A stretch of 64,000 bases of DNA from Massalongia carnosa (GCA_965645245.1 OZ287074.1:2046001-2110000), one strand, 5' to 3'. Positions 48,401 through 60,146 are shown, counted from the stretch's first letter. The notes: generated from the sequence alone by a model not told the origin. Numbers and translations are program-made.

Positions 48401-48835
48401 CCTCATATCTAGAGTGTCTATGGTTTGTAGCATGAAGTTGCTGTTAACTCTGGGTACATAACATATGATTTTCTTGGTAGGTTCAAGGAACAGTCTCCAG
48501 TTCGAGTTATCATAGAAAATAGAATGCTGATTGAGTAGTCCAAGGCTGACGAGGCTCACAGGGCATTGAGGAATGTAAAGTACATTGTTGAGGGTCAAAA
48601 CTGAACAAGGTGATCCGTCCTGTGATGTCAAAGTTTTTTGAATAGTCCCTCTTCCTGGCGATGTGCCTGTGGACGTTGATCCTGCTAGTCCTGTAGGATA
48701 GTCTATGTAGTCAGTGAAAGAGGGTCTGTGATTGCATACATGCATATCTGCCGCGCTGTCCAATAGCCAAGAACTTCTACTGAGACTTGTCATAGTCATG
48801 ATCTTCTGTAGTCTAACGGTCATGACCTTTGTGAG
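45458..48835 (-). CDS. pol: Copia Pol (PR-IN-RT-RH), in frame with gag after a UGA
   Basis: WLLDSAA protease, WHARLGH, integrase ENGVAER, FKARWV, LYGLKQSPR, FVDD, YSDSDW, KHIDI, ADGLTK. Confidence 0.95.
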   Translation of the reverse strand, partial: LTKVMTVRLQKIMTMTSLSRSSWLLDSAADMHVCNHRPSFTDYIDYPTGLAGSTSTGTSPGRGTIQKTLTSQDGSPCSVLTLNNVLYIPQCPVSLVSLGLLNQHSIFYDNSNWRLFLEPTKKIICYVPRVNSNFMLQTIDTLDMRMHLNTIDENTYQEENVAIHQTFIKFKLTTWHARLGHLNIPTCRKYLKTLNITFVDDINQGWFCHACEMGKATKIYNRTPQEKATEIFQKINSDMVGPIKPVGLLEELYFFTFTCDASRYTHVYTGHKKSEWFDHLLTYNNMAQNKSGKAKPISIFRTDFGTELRSHKSDNWFLQQGIIYEPSATYSQEENGVAERMGRTIMDMTRCTVIGGGIPDYLWTEVVLAMVHTKNVRPTNALGGKTPYEVFENKPPKLDHLRVLGSTVYALIHEQERKGMNSKSAKFAPRAQKGILCGYDGNTIYRVFLEKDYKVIRVKDLRIHEDAIDKNETDLPTYDSVIIVEEDENLPKAISNSSRTQPRLNPEVTEASKRGRGRPRKHAHVAQVLALLSNEALTEPEHIFTMVDKDEEDPLILLAKEMEKEGAANLNDLDAFVQSDIAEPQTYHQAMNSSYSNEWSLAMNEEHKSLMENNTWDTVPIETMKLGHIALSGKWVYKLKKDVNGNITRFKARWVVKGYLQQYGVDFDQTFASVVKPMAFRLIFALAAYHDLDIEQLDIVTAFLNGFIDQLIYVHMPKGYDVPGMICKLNKALYGLKQSPRLWYERLSTFLLQKLGLEKLHADHSIFATPQGIKGPIVTSFVDDLNIIGPKGSQMITEVKRQLKLAFKMVDMGPISYYLGLKVERDRVKRIIKLSQPTYIEKVLERFHMQNAKTANTPMREECLFTNESQASDKDIRQYQTIVGSIMFAMIETRPDIAFATSAVSRHSKNPSRTHMEAAKHILRYLSATKDRGITFGGGDLTIQGYSDSDWAGDKEERKSTSGYVFMLNNGPISWCSKRQTTVALSSTEAEYMALTLAAKEATWLRLLMTELGLMTIDNESPTVNVLRGEGTIALKGDNQSAIALANNPVLHARTKHIDIQHHFIRNEVLEGRIDLTYVSTEDMIADGLTKPLTHVKFFSFVRQLHMDNNSTTVEPTGKTSTGRT

Positions 48836-49777
48836 TCAACTGCTCACAGTTGGTAGGTCTGTTGATACGGTGGATGTCGGGACCGTTTCCGTTTTGGAAT
48901 CAGAGGTCCTTGTTCCTCTTGTCTTCATAGACTCCAAGGGGTATGTTTGACGTCTCAGATTTGGGTATTTCTGAAAGCATTTCTCTAGTAAGTGGGAAGT
49001 CCGCCCTCTTCGGACACATTCTGGAAAGGTGCAAGTTCCTGGTGGTGCTTTTCCGTTGTTTCCGGCAACGCCAGTTCTGGAAGCATTGATGTGGAGTGCC
49101 TTTCTCTCTGGCCTGCTGATGGAGTAAGCGGTGATTGATCTGCATGCAGTCGTGAGGTTCGATCTGCCAGTAATCCAATCCCGACGAAGTTGAGCTATAA
49201 GGGGTAGATAGTCCTCGATGACGTTTCGTAACAAGTATCCTTGAAGGACTTGTTCTGCTCCCTTTGCGTTCAGTTCCGAGTCCTCATCTATCATGCCTTT
49301 TATGGAGTTCAATGCTTTTTCATACTCAGCGCAGTATTGAGTGACATTCTCATAATTCGTCATCTTCTTGGAGTTCATGTTGTAGAGAATGTCGGTGATG
49401 CTCATGGGTGCGATGTCCTGAAACTTGATCTTCAAGATTCTCCACATATCGCCAGCTGTGCGGGTTGATATCAGAGTGTGATGCTGTGGGGCGACACGCA
49501 TTTGAATGATTCCTTCGGCCTTGAGCATGAGAAGGCTCTGCTTTTCAACGTCAGCTCCGACTTTGGTAAAGATTTGTTCATCCTTGAGATTCGCCTCGGT
49601 GAAGCCCATCTCCAAGTACTTGCGCTTGACTGTCTGATACGTGATAGCGGCAATGTTGTCTTGAATAGCAAAGATACAATTCTTTTGCTTCAGAATGCCC
49701 TCGGTGTGCACAACCCATTGTGGATAATCTTCCGCTTTTTCTAACAACTGAATCACGTCTTGAGTAGAACTAGACAT
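48836..49777 (-). CDS. gag: Copia Gag
   Basis: 313-aa ORF with Copia gag features (DYPQW, TAGDMWRILK) and a C..C..H..C knuckle. Confidence 0.85.
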   Translation of the reverse strand: MSSSTQDVIQLLEKAEDYPQWVVHTEGILKQKNCIFAIQDNIAAITYQTVKRKYLEMGFTEANLKDEQIFTKVGADVEKQSLLMLKAEGIIQMRVAPQHHTLISTRTAGDMWRILKIKFQDIAPMSITDILYNMNSKKMTNYENVTQYCAEYEKALNSIKGMIDEDSELNAKGAEQVLQGYLLRNVIEDYLPLIAQLRRDWITGRSNLTTACRSITAYSISRPERKALHINASRTGVAGNNGKAPPGTCTFPECVRRGRTSHLLEKCFQKYPNLRRQTYPLESMKTRGTRTSDSKTETVPTSTVSTDLPTVSS

Positions 49778-49969
49778 CTTGTGAATGAAGAGTAGAAAGC
49801 TTGTGAATGAAGAACTTGATTTTTATATCTTAGAGTTCTATAATACAATGTGTGAGGGATAAAGTAGGAGGATGATGTGTTGACTTCTCCTTATGAGAAA
49901 AACAAGCAGCATTCCTTTTACTTATCATCATGCACCTCATTGTCCTAGCAATATTTGCTCCAAGCCCAT

Positions 49970-50148
49970 ATCCTAGTGAAAATTTGTCTAACACTTGGTG
50001 GCTTGATTGTAGTCTGATGAACTTTGATCTATCATCGGCTTGTATCCTAGTGAACTTTTACCTATCACTTGGTGGCTTGATTGTAACCTGATGAACTTTG
50101 ATCTATCATCGGCTTCTATCCTAGTGAAATTTTATCTATCACTTGGTG
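49970..50148. repeat. 74-bp tandem repeat (about 2.4 copies) in the Copia 5' leader
   Basis: ATCCTAGTGAA recurs at 49970, 50044 and 50118 with similar intervening sequence. Confidence 0.9.
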
Positions 50149-53100
50149 ACAAGGAAAAACAGAGTCTGAACAGGGATATACCGTTTTCATTTAACAGGCA
50201 CAGGGCCTGTTAAATGAAACAGGGTTCTTCCACTTTCACTACTCCCATGTTTTCCCTTCTGTGGCGTTCAAGAAATCTCTTTTGGCAAGGAAGGACTACT
50301 TTTACAAGATGGGTCTGTATCTCTTCCTGCTCCCTGAACCTAGTTGACATAGTGGTATCCTTTGGTCTTTAGAGGTTCATCGTTCCTTCTAATCTCCAGG
50401 CATACACGCTATTCAAAGGTTTGTTGAGATTGCCTTGGGCCTTTGGGCTAACGGCCTGTCTGGTGTCCAAGGTCTTTGTAGGTATTGTGCATTTGAATTT
50501 CGTGTAATGATGCGTGTGCGTAGTTCACGATAGATAATCGTGGTGAGGTAAATTCTAAGTACGCAAAGAAATTTTTTAGTATTGCATCTAAGGGGTTTTT
50601 TTTTGTAAACGATGATGCTTAGCTATTATGCACTGTAGTGCTGCGGATGAGCAATTCGATTCGTGACTGAATCGATAGCGCCCTTCCGGGCTCATAACCT
50701 GTTGAAATAGGTATATGACTATGGCTATATGGCTATGATAAAAATGGTATGTATGACCGTGATGTTAAGGATGAAGAGTGCTGTTCAGCAGTCTTTGTCC
50801 CATAACTGGTCACCCTCTGCTAAGCGAGGTGATAAGATTATCTGAGCTGATCTTATCTAATCTCTAGGCTAAGCCTAATACGGCATCTACGGTTTCTGTA
50901 GGTGCTCTGTCCATCTTGGGCAGTCGTAGGTGCTATGTTCATTGAACTGGTAGGTGTTCACTGTACTGGTAGGAGTTGAATATTCAACAATTTGACTCAT
51001 TGCATGCAACCATTGGATGTAGGCGTATTTCGGCCTTATAAACATTGGCATGACAAAGCTATTTCGGAATTTGTTGCGAAGTCATTTATTGATTATTCTT
51101 TGACTCAATTTCTGCAAGATCTCGGCAAAATCAGAAATCAGACATTCAAGCCTTCTACAATTCGACATGCTTTTGAAAAGTCGGGAATGTGGCCTATTAA
51201 TCCGAAGCAATGCGTCAAACTTTTGAAAGTTTTCAATCCTGACTCTGATCTAGTCGAGACTGATCCTAAGTTGCCACTGCTACCTCGTCGAACTCATCCT
51301 CAGGAAATAGCTGATATAGAGTATGGTTTTCAGGAATGGGGTCCTAAAATTCAGAAATTCATGCAATGGAGCGATCCTGTCCGTGCTGAGGAATTTAATT
51401 CCTTCGTCACCAACACTAGCGAAGTCGTTTCGAAATCGATTCTCAAAGAGGCAGAACTGACAATGTGGCAAAAGACAAGAATGCAACAGTTGCATGGTCG
51501 GAAACTATCTCGCAAGCGATTGAAGCCCGAAACAGGAAAATTGGGACTTACAAAGGAAGATGCGGATGAAGCTATAGCCATAAAAACTCGACAGGAAGAG
51601 GAGGCTGAGAAGAAACGGGCGGACAATAACTTCATGAGATTATGGCGAGGTGAAAGAGACGACATTCATGTCAAGGGGGTTGCTGCTCGAAAGGCAGAAA
51701 GAGATCGCGTCAAAAGACTGAAAGAAATGCAGAAAGGATTCGGTGCCATTCCAGCTGAGATGTATGAGGGAATTCCTGACCCCGAGGCATTATGGAAGGC
51801 GACGAATCATGTGTGGATAGCTGAGGAGGCGAAAAAGGAAGCCAGGAAGAATCCACGTGCCAGTGCCAATGCCAACTATGAAGAAGACGTCACGTTTATT
51901 GTAGATGAGGCTGGGACTAGAAATGAAGATATTCCGGACATTCCAGAAGAAGAAGCATGGCTGCGTGATGATTTCGTATCTTTCGATCTAGGTTTCGAAC
52001 CGGGAGATGCTTGGGATGGGGAAGATGCGGGGTATGCGGGGTATGCGGAAGATCAGAATGATCAGAATAGTCAGGGGGATCAGGGGGGTCAGGGGGGTCA
52101 GGGGGATGATTTTAATCACGGCTTTGATGATGACGCTGCCTTTCGAGCTTTTCATGAAATTTAGAATCAATAAATCAAGGTGGTTGCTGAAGAAAGTTGA
52201 AAAAGTTGAAAATTTTCTGATTTTGGCAGGATGCATCGCTTGCCGGGATGCTTCGCTTTCCCCGACTAAAAGGCGAACGCCTTTTAGTCGGATCCAACGG
52301 AGCTAAACGAGCCGACGATTAGCGGATGTAACTTTATCTTGAAGATTGACCTATCATCATTACCTATCATCATTACATCTTTATAGCAGAGGTTTTTGGT
52401 TAAACGAAACATTTTGAACTCAGCTCGATGGGGTCCGACTGTATTCATATTATCATTGTGTACCTGTCATATTATCATTGTGTACCTGTTACCTTTGACA
52501 GAGTGAAATTTGAAAGAACATCGGAGCTTAGAAGACAACCACAGTAGCTACAAAAGCCATGCCGTTCATAGCTATCGCAGCTATCACATCACTTACTCGA
52601 GATCTTAATAAGCGCGCCTCCCTCCTGAGGCTAGTCCAATACATTGCTCATCCAGTACATGGCTTTTCTGTTGTACAAAGCGCTCTGCACATTGGCGCAT
52701 GCCTGCAATTGATATGATTTGTTCTGGCGTGCTGAGAAGGTTTCTCGGACTGTCTGGACTGCTCCATACGATGCGCGTGGCGGCAACCTTGCGCGATGAC
52801 AGATGTGGACCGTGTTTTTCCTGGTTAGTATCTATAGCTCCAGTTCGCTGGTAGGAAGCCTGCATGGACTGACATCTCAACCCTTCCTGATTGTTCTTAT
52901 CAAATATCAACCGCGTAATGCACTGAAAATAAGCCATCAATTGCACGGCATACGTCAATTTTGACATATTTCGGTTGCAGGTAACATCGCATTGCGCTGG
53001 TCTCGCAGTCATTCAAGATGGCGATGTGATCAGAAGCTCGATAAGTCCATCAAGTAGGTGGGTGAGAGCGCTTGTGAAGGCGGCTGCACCTATACCATCT

Positions 53101-53839
53101 AAGCAAGTGATCAGTTATTCCACTTTGTTTGGCGCCATTGAAGTTGCATTATCACTGGATCAGCAGCGTATTTCATTGGCCTTCTTGGCGCTCAGCAATC
53201 CTAAAGTGTCAAATATCGTCACTCCTAGACAAGCTCATAAGGAGACGCCTAGATCTCAAGAAATTGAAGCTTCGTGTCCAAATAACAATGTTAGTTATCT
53301 CCAGCATTCTGTGATACTTCAACGCAAGGGATAGGGTTGACGAAACAGGTTTTGAACAGCTTAAACCAAGTTCTGACTCGGAAAGTATCATGGATACGAT
53401 CATGGCTGAATAGAAAAGGAACCCCTTCACCGCATATGCTAATTTGAACGCGAGGCTGACCATATGAGGCGATCTGGCAAAGAAGGCTCAAAATGCGTTC
53501 CGGTTCGAGCAAAGCAAGGATGGCGCGGATTTCGTTGATCAAGGATATTGGAGTAATGGATACAACGGACTCCTAGAAGGGGAGTAGCTCTATCTGGGAC
53601 TGAAACGGATGGAAGCGGCGTACTTCAACAGTTATAAACATGACTTTAAGCTGGTTAAGAGTATCTCTTTGCGTTAAACTCGGCCGTGAATGCTGGTTTC
53701 TCTGCAGAAGACGAGCATTGCCACTTTATCTCTTCTGAGGTATTTTTCAGCTTCAATTAGCTTGTACCCTATTGCCGTCGGATAAATTTATCACGCTTAC
53801 GATACTTGCATTGGGGGGTTACATACGAGCATCAACACT

Positions 53840-56567
53840 TGTTGAAATAGGTATATGACTATGGCTATATGACTATGTAATAATAAAGGTATGTATGACC
53901 GTGATGTTAAGGATTAAGAGTTGCTAGGCAGCAATCTTTTCCTATTACTGGTCACCCCCTTCTAAGCGAGGTGATCTTATCTTATCTTGGGACTAAGCCT
54001 AATGCGGCATCTACTCGAGATATGCAACAAACCTAGATATGCAACAGCACTAGTAGGGGTTTACCCGAAGTTTGACCGATAATCTTCTGATTAGCATTGC
54101 CAGTCTAACTTATCGAATTTGGCTGCAGTATCTTCAGAGCACTAATAATTGCAAGCAACGGCCGAATTAATGGTTTAAACAACTGAAGCTATAGAAAGCT
54201 TTGGTGCTTAGGCCCCGCCCGCTAGGCCAGCTCAGTGCTATATTATACATGATGTAGTATATAAAGCAGTCAATCTCGCCTTCTAGGAGGTCTCACTATC
54301 CTCCCAGAGGCCGTATATACAGGCAATACCGTCACAGCGTCATGTATTCCCTCACTTCGGGCCTTGACTGACTTCCTGCCTCTTTTACCTCTCATCCCTT
54401 TATCCCTAACATCCTGTACCTCAGTCTGTATAGCGAACTCCGGATAAGCAAGGCTCTGGCGGAGCAAGCGTTGAAGGGTCTAAATCGATCGAAATTGGCT
54501 GGATAGCCTGTGCCTTCTTATTTGTCTTGTTTTTCAGACTTTGAGGTTTGGGCTCTGCAATGAGACTCCACACAGATTTCCAGGCCTCCCAGAACTCCTT
54601 CTCTTGTTTATCTGCACGCTTCTTCTGCTCCTCTGTGTGCTTCTTCATCTCCCGTTCTTCGAGGACGTCATGATTCATTATACGTCCTTTACCGAGCTGT
54701 TGATTTGAACGTTTGGCCTTCTCCTTTTTACACTGTTGATTCTCCAACAATTCAGTATTTGTAGTCTCTAGTAACACCTTCTCGACGTACGTTTTTGATC
54801 CAGCCTTGCCTAGCTTCATAATCTCTTGCTGGGTAGCCTTCCCATCAATAGCTTTGTGGACGATTTCATCGAATTCAGCTGCATTTCTTGGAGTCTTGAT
54901 AGGAGCGGATATAGTGACGCCATCCGACGATCGGAAGAATACTTCTGGTGGCGTATACGGCCTTAGAGTAACAGTGTTTATCACATCTTTCGGCTGTGGC
55001 AATGTCTTCAAAAGACTCTCTAGATCCAGAGGAAATAGAAGTGCTTTCTGCCAAGCACTGAGAATAGTAGTGAGTTTGGCTGTCTCACTCCGAGCTCGTT
55101 GATATAAATCAATGAAATCGACCTTATCCACGTTAGCACTGCTATCCGACTTTATCAGACGCAGTAGCTTGGTCCGATAGAGACTCCCCAGTGGCTGAAA
55201 GAAACCCACATCTAACGGCTGGAGGACGTGTGTTGTGTGAGCTGGAAGGCAAGCAAGAATAATCTTCTCATTGATACAGAATTGGATAACTTCCGACGTA
55301 ATATGAGAAGCATGCCCGTCGAGGATAAGCAAGCGATATTCGCCTTGTTGTCGCTTCTTCGAATATGGATCAAATACACGTTTAAACCATTCGAAAGCGA
55401 GTGTATTATTGGTCCAGCCCCTGTCACTGATAGCGATGTTATTAACTCGCTCCAATTCATTCATCTAGGCCTTCCGTTGAGTCTTTGCTTTAAAGATGAC
55501 GAAAGCAGGAAGAAGTGCTCCATTTGCAGAGATACATTCAAGAAGAGACACCCATTCCCGGCTCCCATTCTGACACATGTATGCATTGAGGTTTGCCTTT
55601 GAAACCACTACTTTCTGCTTGCCTGCTTGACCTACTGCAAAGCCCTTCTCGTCCATATTATATACGTCTCTTTTTTCAATGTTGTATTGCTTCATTGTGT
55701 CCGAAAAGAACTTAAACCAATGATTGATTGTTTCGTAATTGACTGCATTGATGCGCTCTTTATCTAACGGAGTGCAAAAGCGAGATTTTAACGAATGATG
55801 TCGATTCAAGAACTTCTCCACCCAGTGACATCCCAATGGGGTATGATTTCCACTTTTTTTGAGAATCTCTTCTGCTTGTAACTTGATTCGATAAATCATT
55901 GGAGGGAAGCTCCATTTGGCCAATAATTCGATCCAGTTTACTAAGCATTCCTCCTCAATGAAAGTGAGGCGTTGTTGGGCTTGATGAGCTTTGTGATGAG
56001 GTAATGTTTCTCCTTTGTATCGTCGATATAATGTTGTATGGCAAACATTGTATTTGTTGGCATATTGGCGGAATGAAGGCTTCTCTTGCTTAGGCTTTAT
56101 TTCAGGCTGGAGTTCATATTCATCCCACCGCTTGATAGCTTTGGCAAAGGAGATCAGAGCAAGCTCCATGCGCTCACGCCTTGGGATGACCTCTGTATCT
56201 GATTCCTCTTCTAATGGGTCTTCCTCAACAGCTTGCATGATATTTTGGTAACGGAGGGATGGCTAGGCCAGGCGCTGAGACCAATTATAGCTTCAATGGC
56301 CAGGGTTAAGGGTTGGAGAGTAGGTATAGGTCAATTGGCTGATTTGTAGAGACGCTACAGTATAAATTTTGGTAGGAATGCTTTAGCATCGGATAAACAT
56401 CGGATATAAACCCCTACTAGTGCTGTTGCATATCTAGGTTTGTTGCATATCTCAGTCATCCCGAGTACGGTTTCCGTAGATGATCTGTCCATCTAGGGCA
56501 GCCGTAGGTGCTATGTTCATCGTACTGATAGGTGTTCATTGTGCTGGTAGGAATTGGATATTCAACA
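53840..56567 (-). mobile_element. Copia solo LTR (diverged relative of the 45161 LTR) split by Pogo element D
   Basis: Pieces 53840-54013 and 56468-56567 align to the 290-bp LTR; TSD ACACT (53835-53839 / 56568-56572). Confidence 0.92.
54014..56465 (-). mobile_element. Pogo/Fot1 DNA transposon D
   Basis: TA flanks; TIRs with a GATATGCAACA repeat (left copy lacks 9 nt). Transposase 56238..about 54270 (NMDEKGF, LDGHASH, QPLDVG) with in-frame TAG at 55465 and a probable frameshift near 54450. Confidence 0.92.
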
Positions 56568-57460
56568 ACACTATCTTGACTCTTTTGAACCTGGCGATAC
56601 GATGCGTATGATCAATGTACGTGTCCCTTGATAAAACGAGGAAGGAAAGTCTAGCCGCGAACTCGAGACAAAAGTTTGCCTTGAAAGGAGTTTGGTCTTG
56701 CGTCATTCAAATGGCGCAAAGTGAGAGATTAATAAATATCTCTACTGCACGATGAGTACTTTCATGACATCGAGACACATAATACTCGAAATACAGATTG
56801 ATGTAGAAACAAGTGATAAAACTATTCGTTTCTGATAAAAGTTTTCAAGAACTGTTATTAGACCTGCAAATCTCGAATGAGGTTATCTTTGAATAATCGA
56901 ACCTGCATCCCAAAAAGAAATATTTTGTAGATTATTTTAGAAAAGTAAAGAAAATGATCAATGGTAAGTTTACTAAATCTACAAGGGTGGATAGAAAGCC
57001 AGAAGTCTCTGAAGAACGAAATCTTGAGGCAGTTGAGTTCTAACGAGATCACTGAAGATAGAATGGATTGGAAACACGATTGCGATGCGAGCGCTGATGC
57101 TGCTGCTGTTAACATCAGCGACGCATCGATCGTTTATTAGAAACAAGTGCAAAGAAGAAAAAAAGTAATATAAATATCATGAGCATCAGGAAGCTTTCAA
57201 TAAAATCTGGATCACTTCCGTTGACGACGATGACCTGCGGCAAGAATTGTGGAAGTAATAGTTTCATCTTAATATCGTACAGAACAATAACTCAGGCGAC
57301 GAAAGAAGTTTCAACCCGAATCGCACTGACAGTCTGTCAACGAAAGTACGCATACTTTTCACACTACGATTAACACAACGGTATCAAGAACATGGATGAC
57401 GTATGAAAAGCAAACCTGCCAGCAGTCATGACACGAATCTTTTCCGGACTCACTGCGTCG

Positions 57461-58319
57461 TCACATAACCCCAAGACCCATCAGCATCAAAATCGCCAGA
57501 GTCGGGGCTCCCATCTGCATAAATGTGTATCCGATTACTACAGCGCCGCTGCCTTTGGGCTGGCTCGAGGTGGCACGAGCTGATGGGGACGTCGCTGTAG
57601 TGCCCGAAGAGGTCGGAGAAGTGCCCGAAGATGTCGATGTAGTGCCCGACGATGCTGCAGTGAGTGAACTCGCGCTACGTTGAGCAGTGGTGCTTTTAGT
57701 TCCTAGTGCCGAGCTGATCGCCGCCGCAGAGCTAGTCGCAGAGGCACTCTCGGCTGCGCCACTGGTAGCAGCGACATTTCCTACTTGACTTACTGTGCCA
57801 TCCGCTGAAACATATGTGCCATTATTTTGAAAGAAATAGGAGCCGTCGGAGAAGAACCAGCGCGTGGTGGCGGGAGTCTAACGATTGTCACAGTAGCATC
57901 ACATCAGTACGTAACTCTGTCGATACCATCTCTGACCGTCCATTCTCAAGCGGCGGGTACCTAGCTAGGGCCGGAGAAAACAAGCGACTCACATAACAGA
58001 ACGGCACGTTATACTCGGTCCAGATCCGACACTCCACCGGAGCCGGCTTGCAGCACAGCGCGTTCTGCCGCACGAAAAGACCGTCTCTCTTGACCGATGG
58101 CGGCGGCGCTTGGATCTCGTCGCCACCAGCATCAACCACGGGATTGCTACCGGCAGGAGTGGGAATATTGATCCCTCCTCCCAACACAGCGGGAGGGAGT
58201 GTACTCCCGGACGCGGATCCCTGAAAGGAGGACGGAGGACAGGGGACATAGCCCGGTGTGTTGCACTCGGCGAAGACGCCGAGGATAGGGAGGGAAATGA
58301 GGATGATGGGAATATACAT
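57461..58319 (-). CDS. Secreted Cys-containing, Ser/Thr-rich, probably GPI-anchored cell-wall protein (about 247 aa)
   Basis: Signal peptide MYIPIILISLPILGVFA; 6 Cys; a KR site; intron 57992-57878; S/T-rich stalk; GSGA omega region and hydrophobic C-terminus. Confidence 0.8.
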
Positions 58320-59278
58320 CTTCCTTTTGTTTTGTCGTTGTTGTGTCTGATCCTCGATGCAGGAGTGAGTGGGGTGTTCAAAGTATCAGAAATGTAAGTG
58401 GATGACAGACAGGCAAGATCGCATAATGTAATAAAAAAGAGCAACATACGTACGCAAACCTCAAGGGTTTATATTCCCCGGGTTAGTATCCCCTTCAGCC
58501 TCTCTCATACCTCTCCCTTAACTCCATTGATCGACAGTCACCCGAGCCCTTGATGCCTGCGCGCGGACCATCGGAAACCTCATACGGAGTACTCACTCGT
58601 GTTTCGTACGGAGTACTTCCGTATGTAGTTTAGTACAGAGTACCCGAGTCTCGAACCTTCAACAAACAAATCGATTGACTACGCTTGGTCCAATCGACCC
58701 CTGCATCATTGTAAGTAGGTTTGAGACCCCAACACGCATCCTAGTCTAGAACTCAAGCTTTTGATTGGCAACGCCACCAAAACGCCCCGTTTCGTCCTTT
58801 TTGAGAATCGAGGCTGCAAGAAAGACTCTTTTCGTTTGTTGAAACTTTGCCTCGATGTATTCGTAAGCTCTTCCGGATTATTTTATTCGCTACGCTTGAT
58901 GTTGCAGCTGTGCATGAAGAAAACAAAGCTGCAAAAGTATCATCTCATGGGCTTGATCGTGCCACACCACCAGTAACTAATCGTTTTCGCTTACTATTAT
59001 GATTCAAACGAATTTCATAGCAGTAGGGAACTGATGAGGAATAGTGAGGCTTTACAGCTAGCCAATAGGCATTCGGACATTCCATGGTCGGCAGGGCAAC
59101 CCTTGTCTATCATATTCCTAGCTCCTTTCCCTCTCGGATCGTATGAGCCGGGTTTAGCGGGTTGTCCGCGATGACGGTGGTGGGGGGAAAAGGAGGGTTG
59201 CCTAGTTTGAATTATCTATTGTTGCTGTTACAAAATCAACGTTTCAGTAAAAGGATGCGATTATTTGTTTACATATAA

Positions 59279-60146
59279 CTAATATTTAGTATAACCTCCA
59301 TTTGCATTCAGGACTGCTTGCACTCGACGAGGCATTGACCGCATTAAACTTTCCAAAAACGCCTCCGTTATGTAGTCCCATGCCTCCAAGACAGCATCAA
59401 CAATGGCCTCTTGAATTTTTGGGGCACTTGCTGACAGAATGCGTAATTCGGGGTGTCTTCTAAAGACTATGTTCTTCACTTTCTTCTATACCATCTCGAT
59501 GGGGTTCAAATCGGGGGAGTAGGCCGGCCAATCCATGACCGTGTACCCCTTTTCTTTGAACCAGTCTATTGTCTCTCGAATTTTGTGTCTTAGCTCCATC
59601 TTGCATGAAAATAATGCCCGAATCGTCGTCGAGCATGGTAGGAAGATGTTCTTTATAAGCATCGAGTATAATCAAACCTGTGATACCTTTCTTTCCCGTA
59701 CGATCTGGATCGGGCTCCAACGAGGTCAAACCACCCCGTCGATTGCCTGCAAAGCAGCCCCAGAACATCTTTGTGACTCTCGATCCATTGTTGACTGGTT
59801 CGAAGCATTCTTGATCCCATTTCTCATTTGGAAGTCGAAAAACCCACACGTTCTCACTCCCATCCTGTTTGCAAACTGACATCTCATCAGACCAACACAC
59901 TTGAGCCCACTGATCCTCCGAAACATCATCATATTGACGTGCCCAGCTCAGCCGATCAGCAATATGAGCTTCCGTTAACATCGTACGATTAGCTGCGCGC
60001 CATTTGCGAACGTTTTGATCTCGAAGACGTCGTTTCATGGTGGTTCGAGAAACATCGGGCATAATTTTAGCTTGCAACTCCCCCAGAGGCTGTCGACGAC
60101 CCTTTGACCCCGATTTATTCGCTGCTCGTGCTAAATTATCCTCCAA
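59279..60146 (-). pseudogene. Impala-like Tc1/mariner transposase, 5'-interrupted and frameshifted
   Basis: WSDE, FMQDGA, WPAYSPDLNPIE (alternative frame) and SMPRRVQAV...GGYTKY; homology stops near 60150. Confidence 0.85.

Larger units (their letters stand above)
45161..50989 (-). mobile_element. Ty1/Copia LTR retrotransposon (intact, very recent)
   Basis: 290-bp LTRs at 45161-45450 and 50700-50989, identical by eye; TSD ATTTG (45156-45160 / 50990-50994); PBS GGTTATGAGCCCGG; G-run PPT at 45451-45457. Confidence 0.97.
44227..52164 (+). pseudogene. Transposase of element A, disrupted
   Basis: Stop at 44941, small duplication/frameshift near 44990, split by the Copia between PHL and THCMQPLDVG. 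Confidence 0.88.
39190..52319 (+). mobile_element. Pogo/Fot1 DNA transposon A (outer element; carries B, C and a Copia)
   Basis: TA-flanked TIRs ATCGTCGGCTCGTTTAGCTCC... The left TIR is split (39190-39241 plus 43977-44090) and mirrors 52157-52319. Transposase at 44227-45160 plus 50995-52164. Confidence 0.92.

Noticed and set aside
52330..53830. Short tandem duplications (13 and 22 bp) and small ORFs
   Set aside because: Ordinary slippage repeats; the ORFs lack recognisable domains.
55465..55467. In-frame TAG in the Pogo D transposase as programmed readthrough
   Set aside because: It falls within the DDE region at a probable Trp codon; simple nonsense mutation is more likely. The same applies to the TAA in the LINE ORF1 knuckle.
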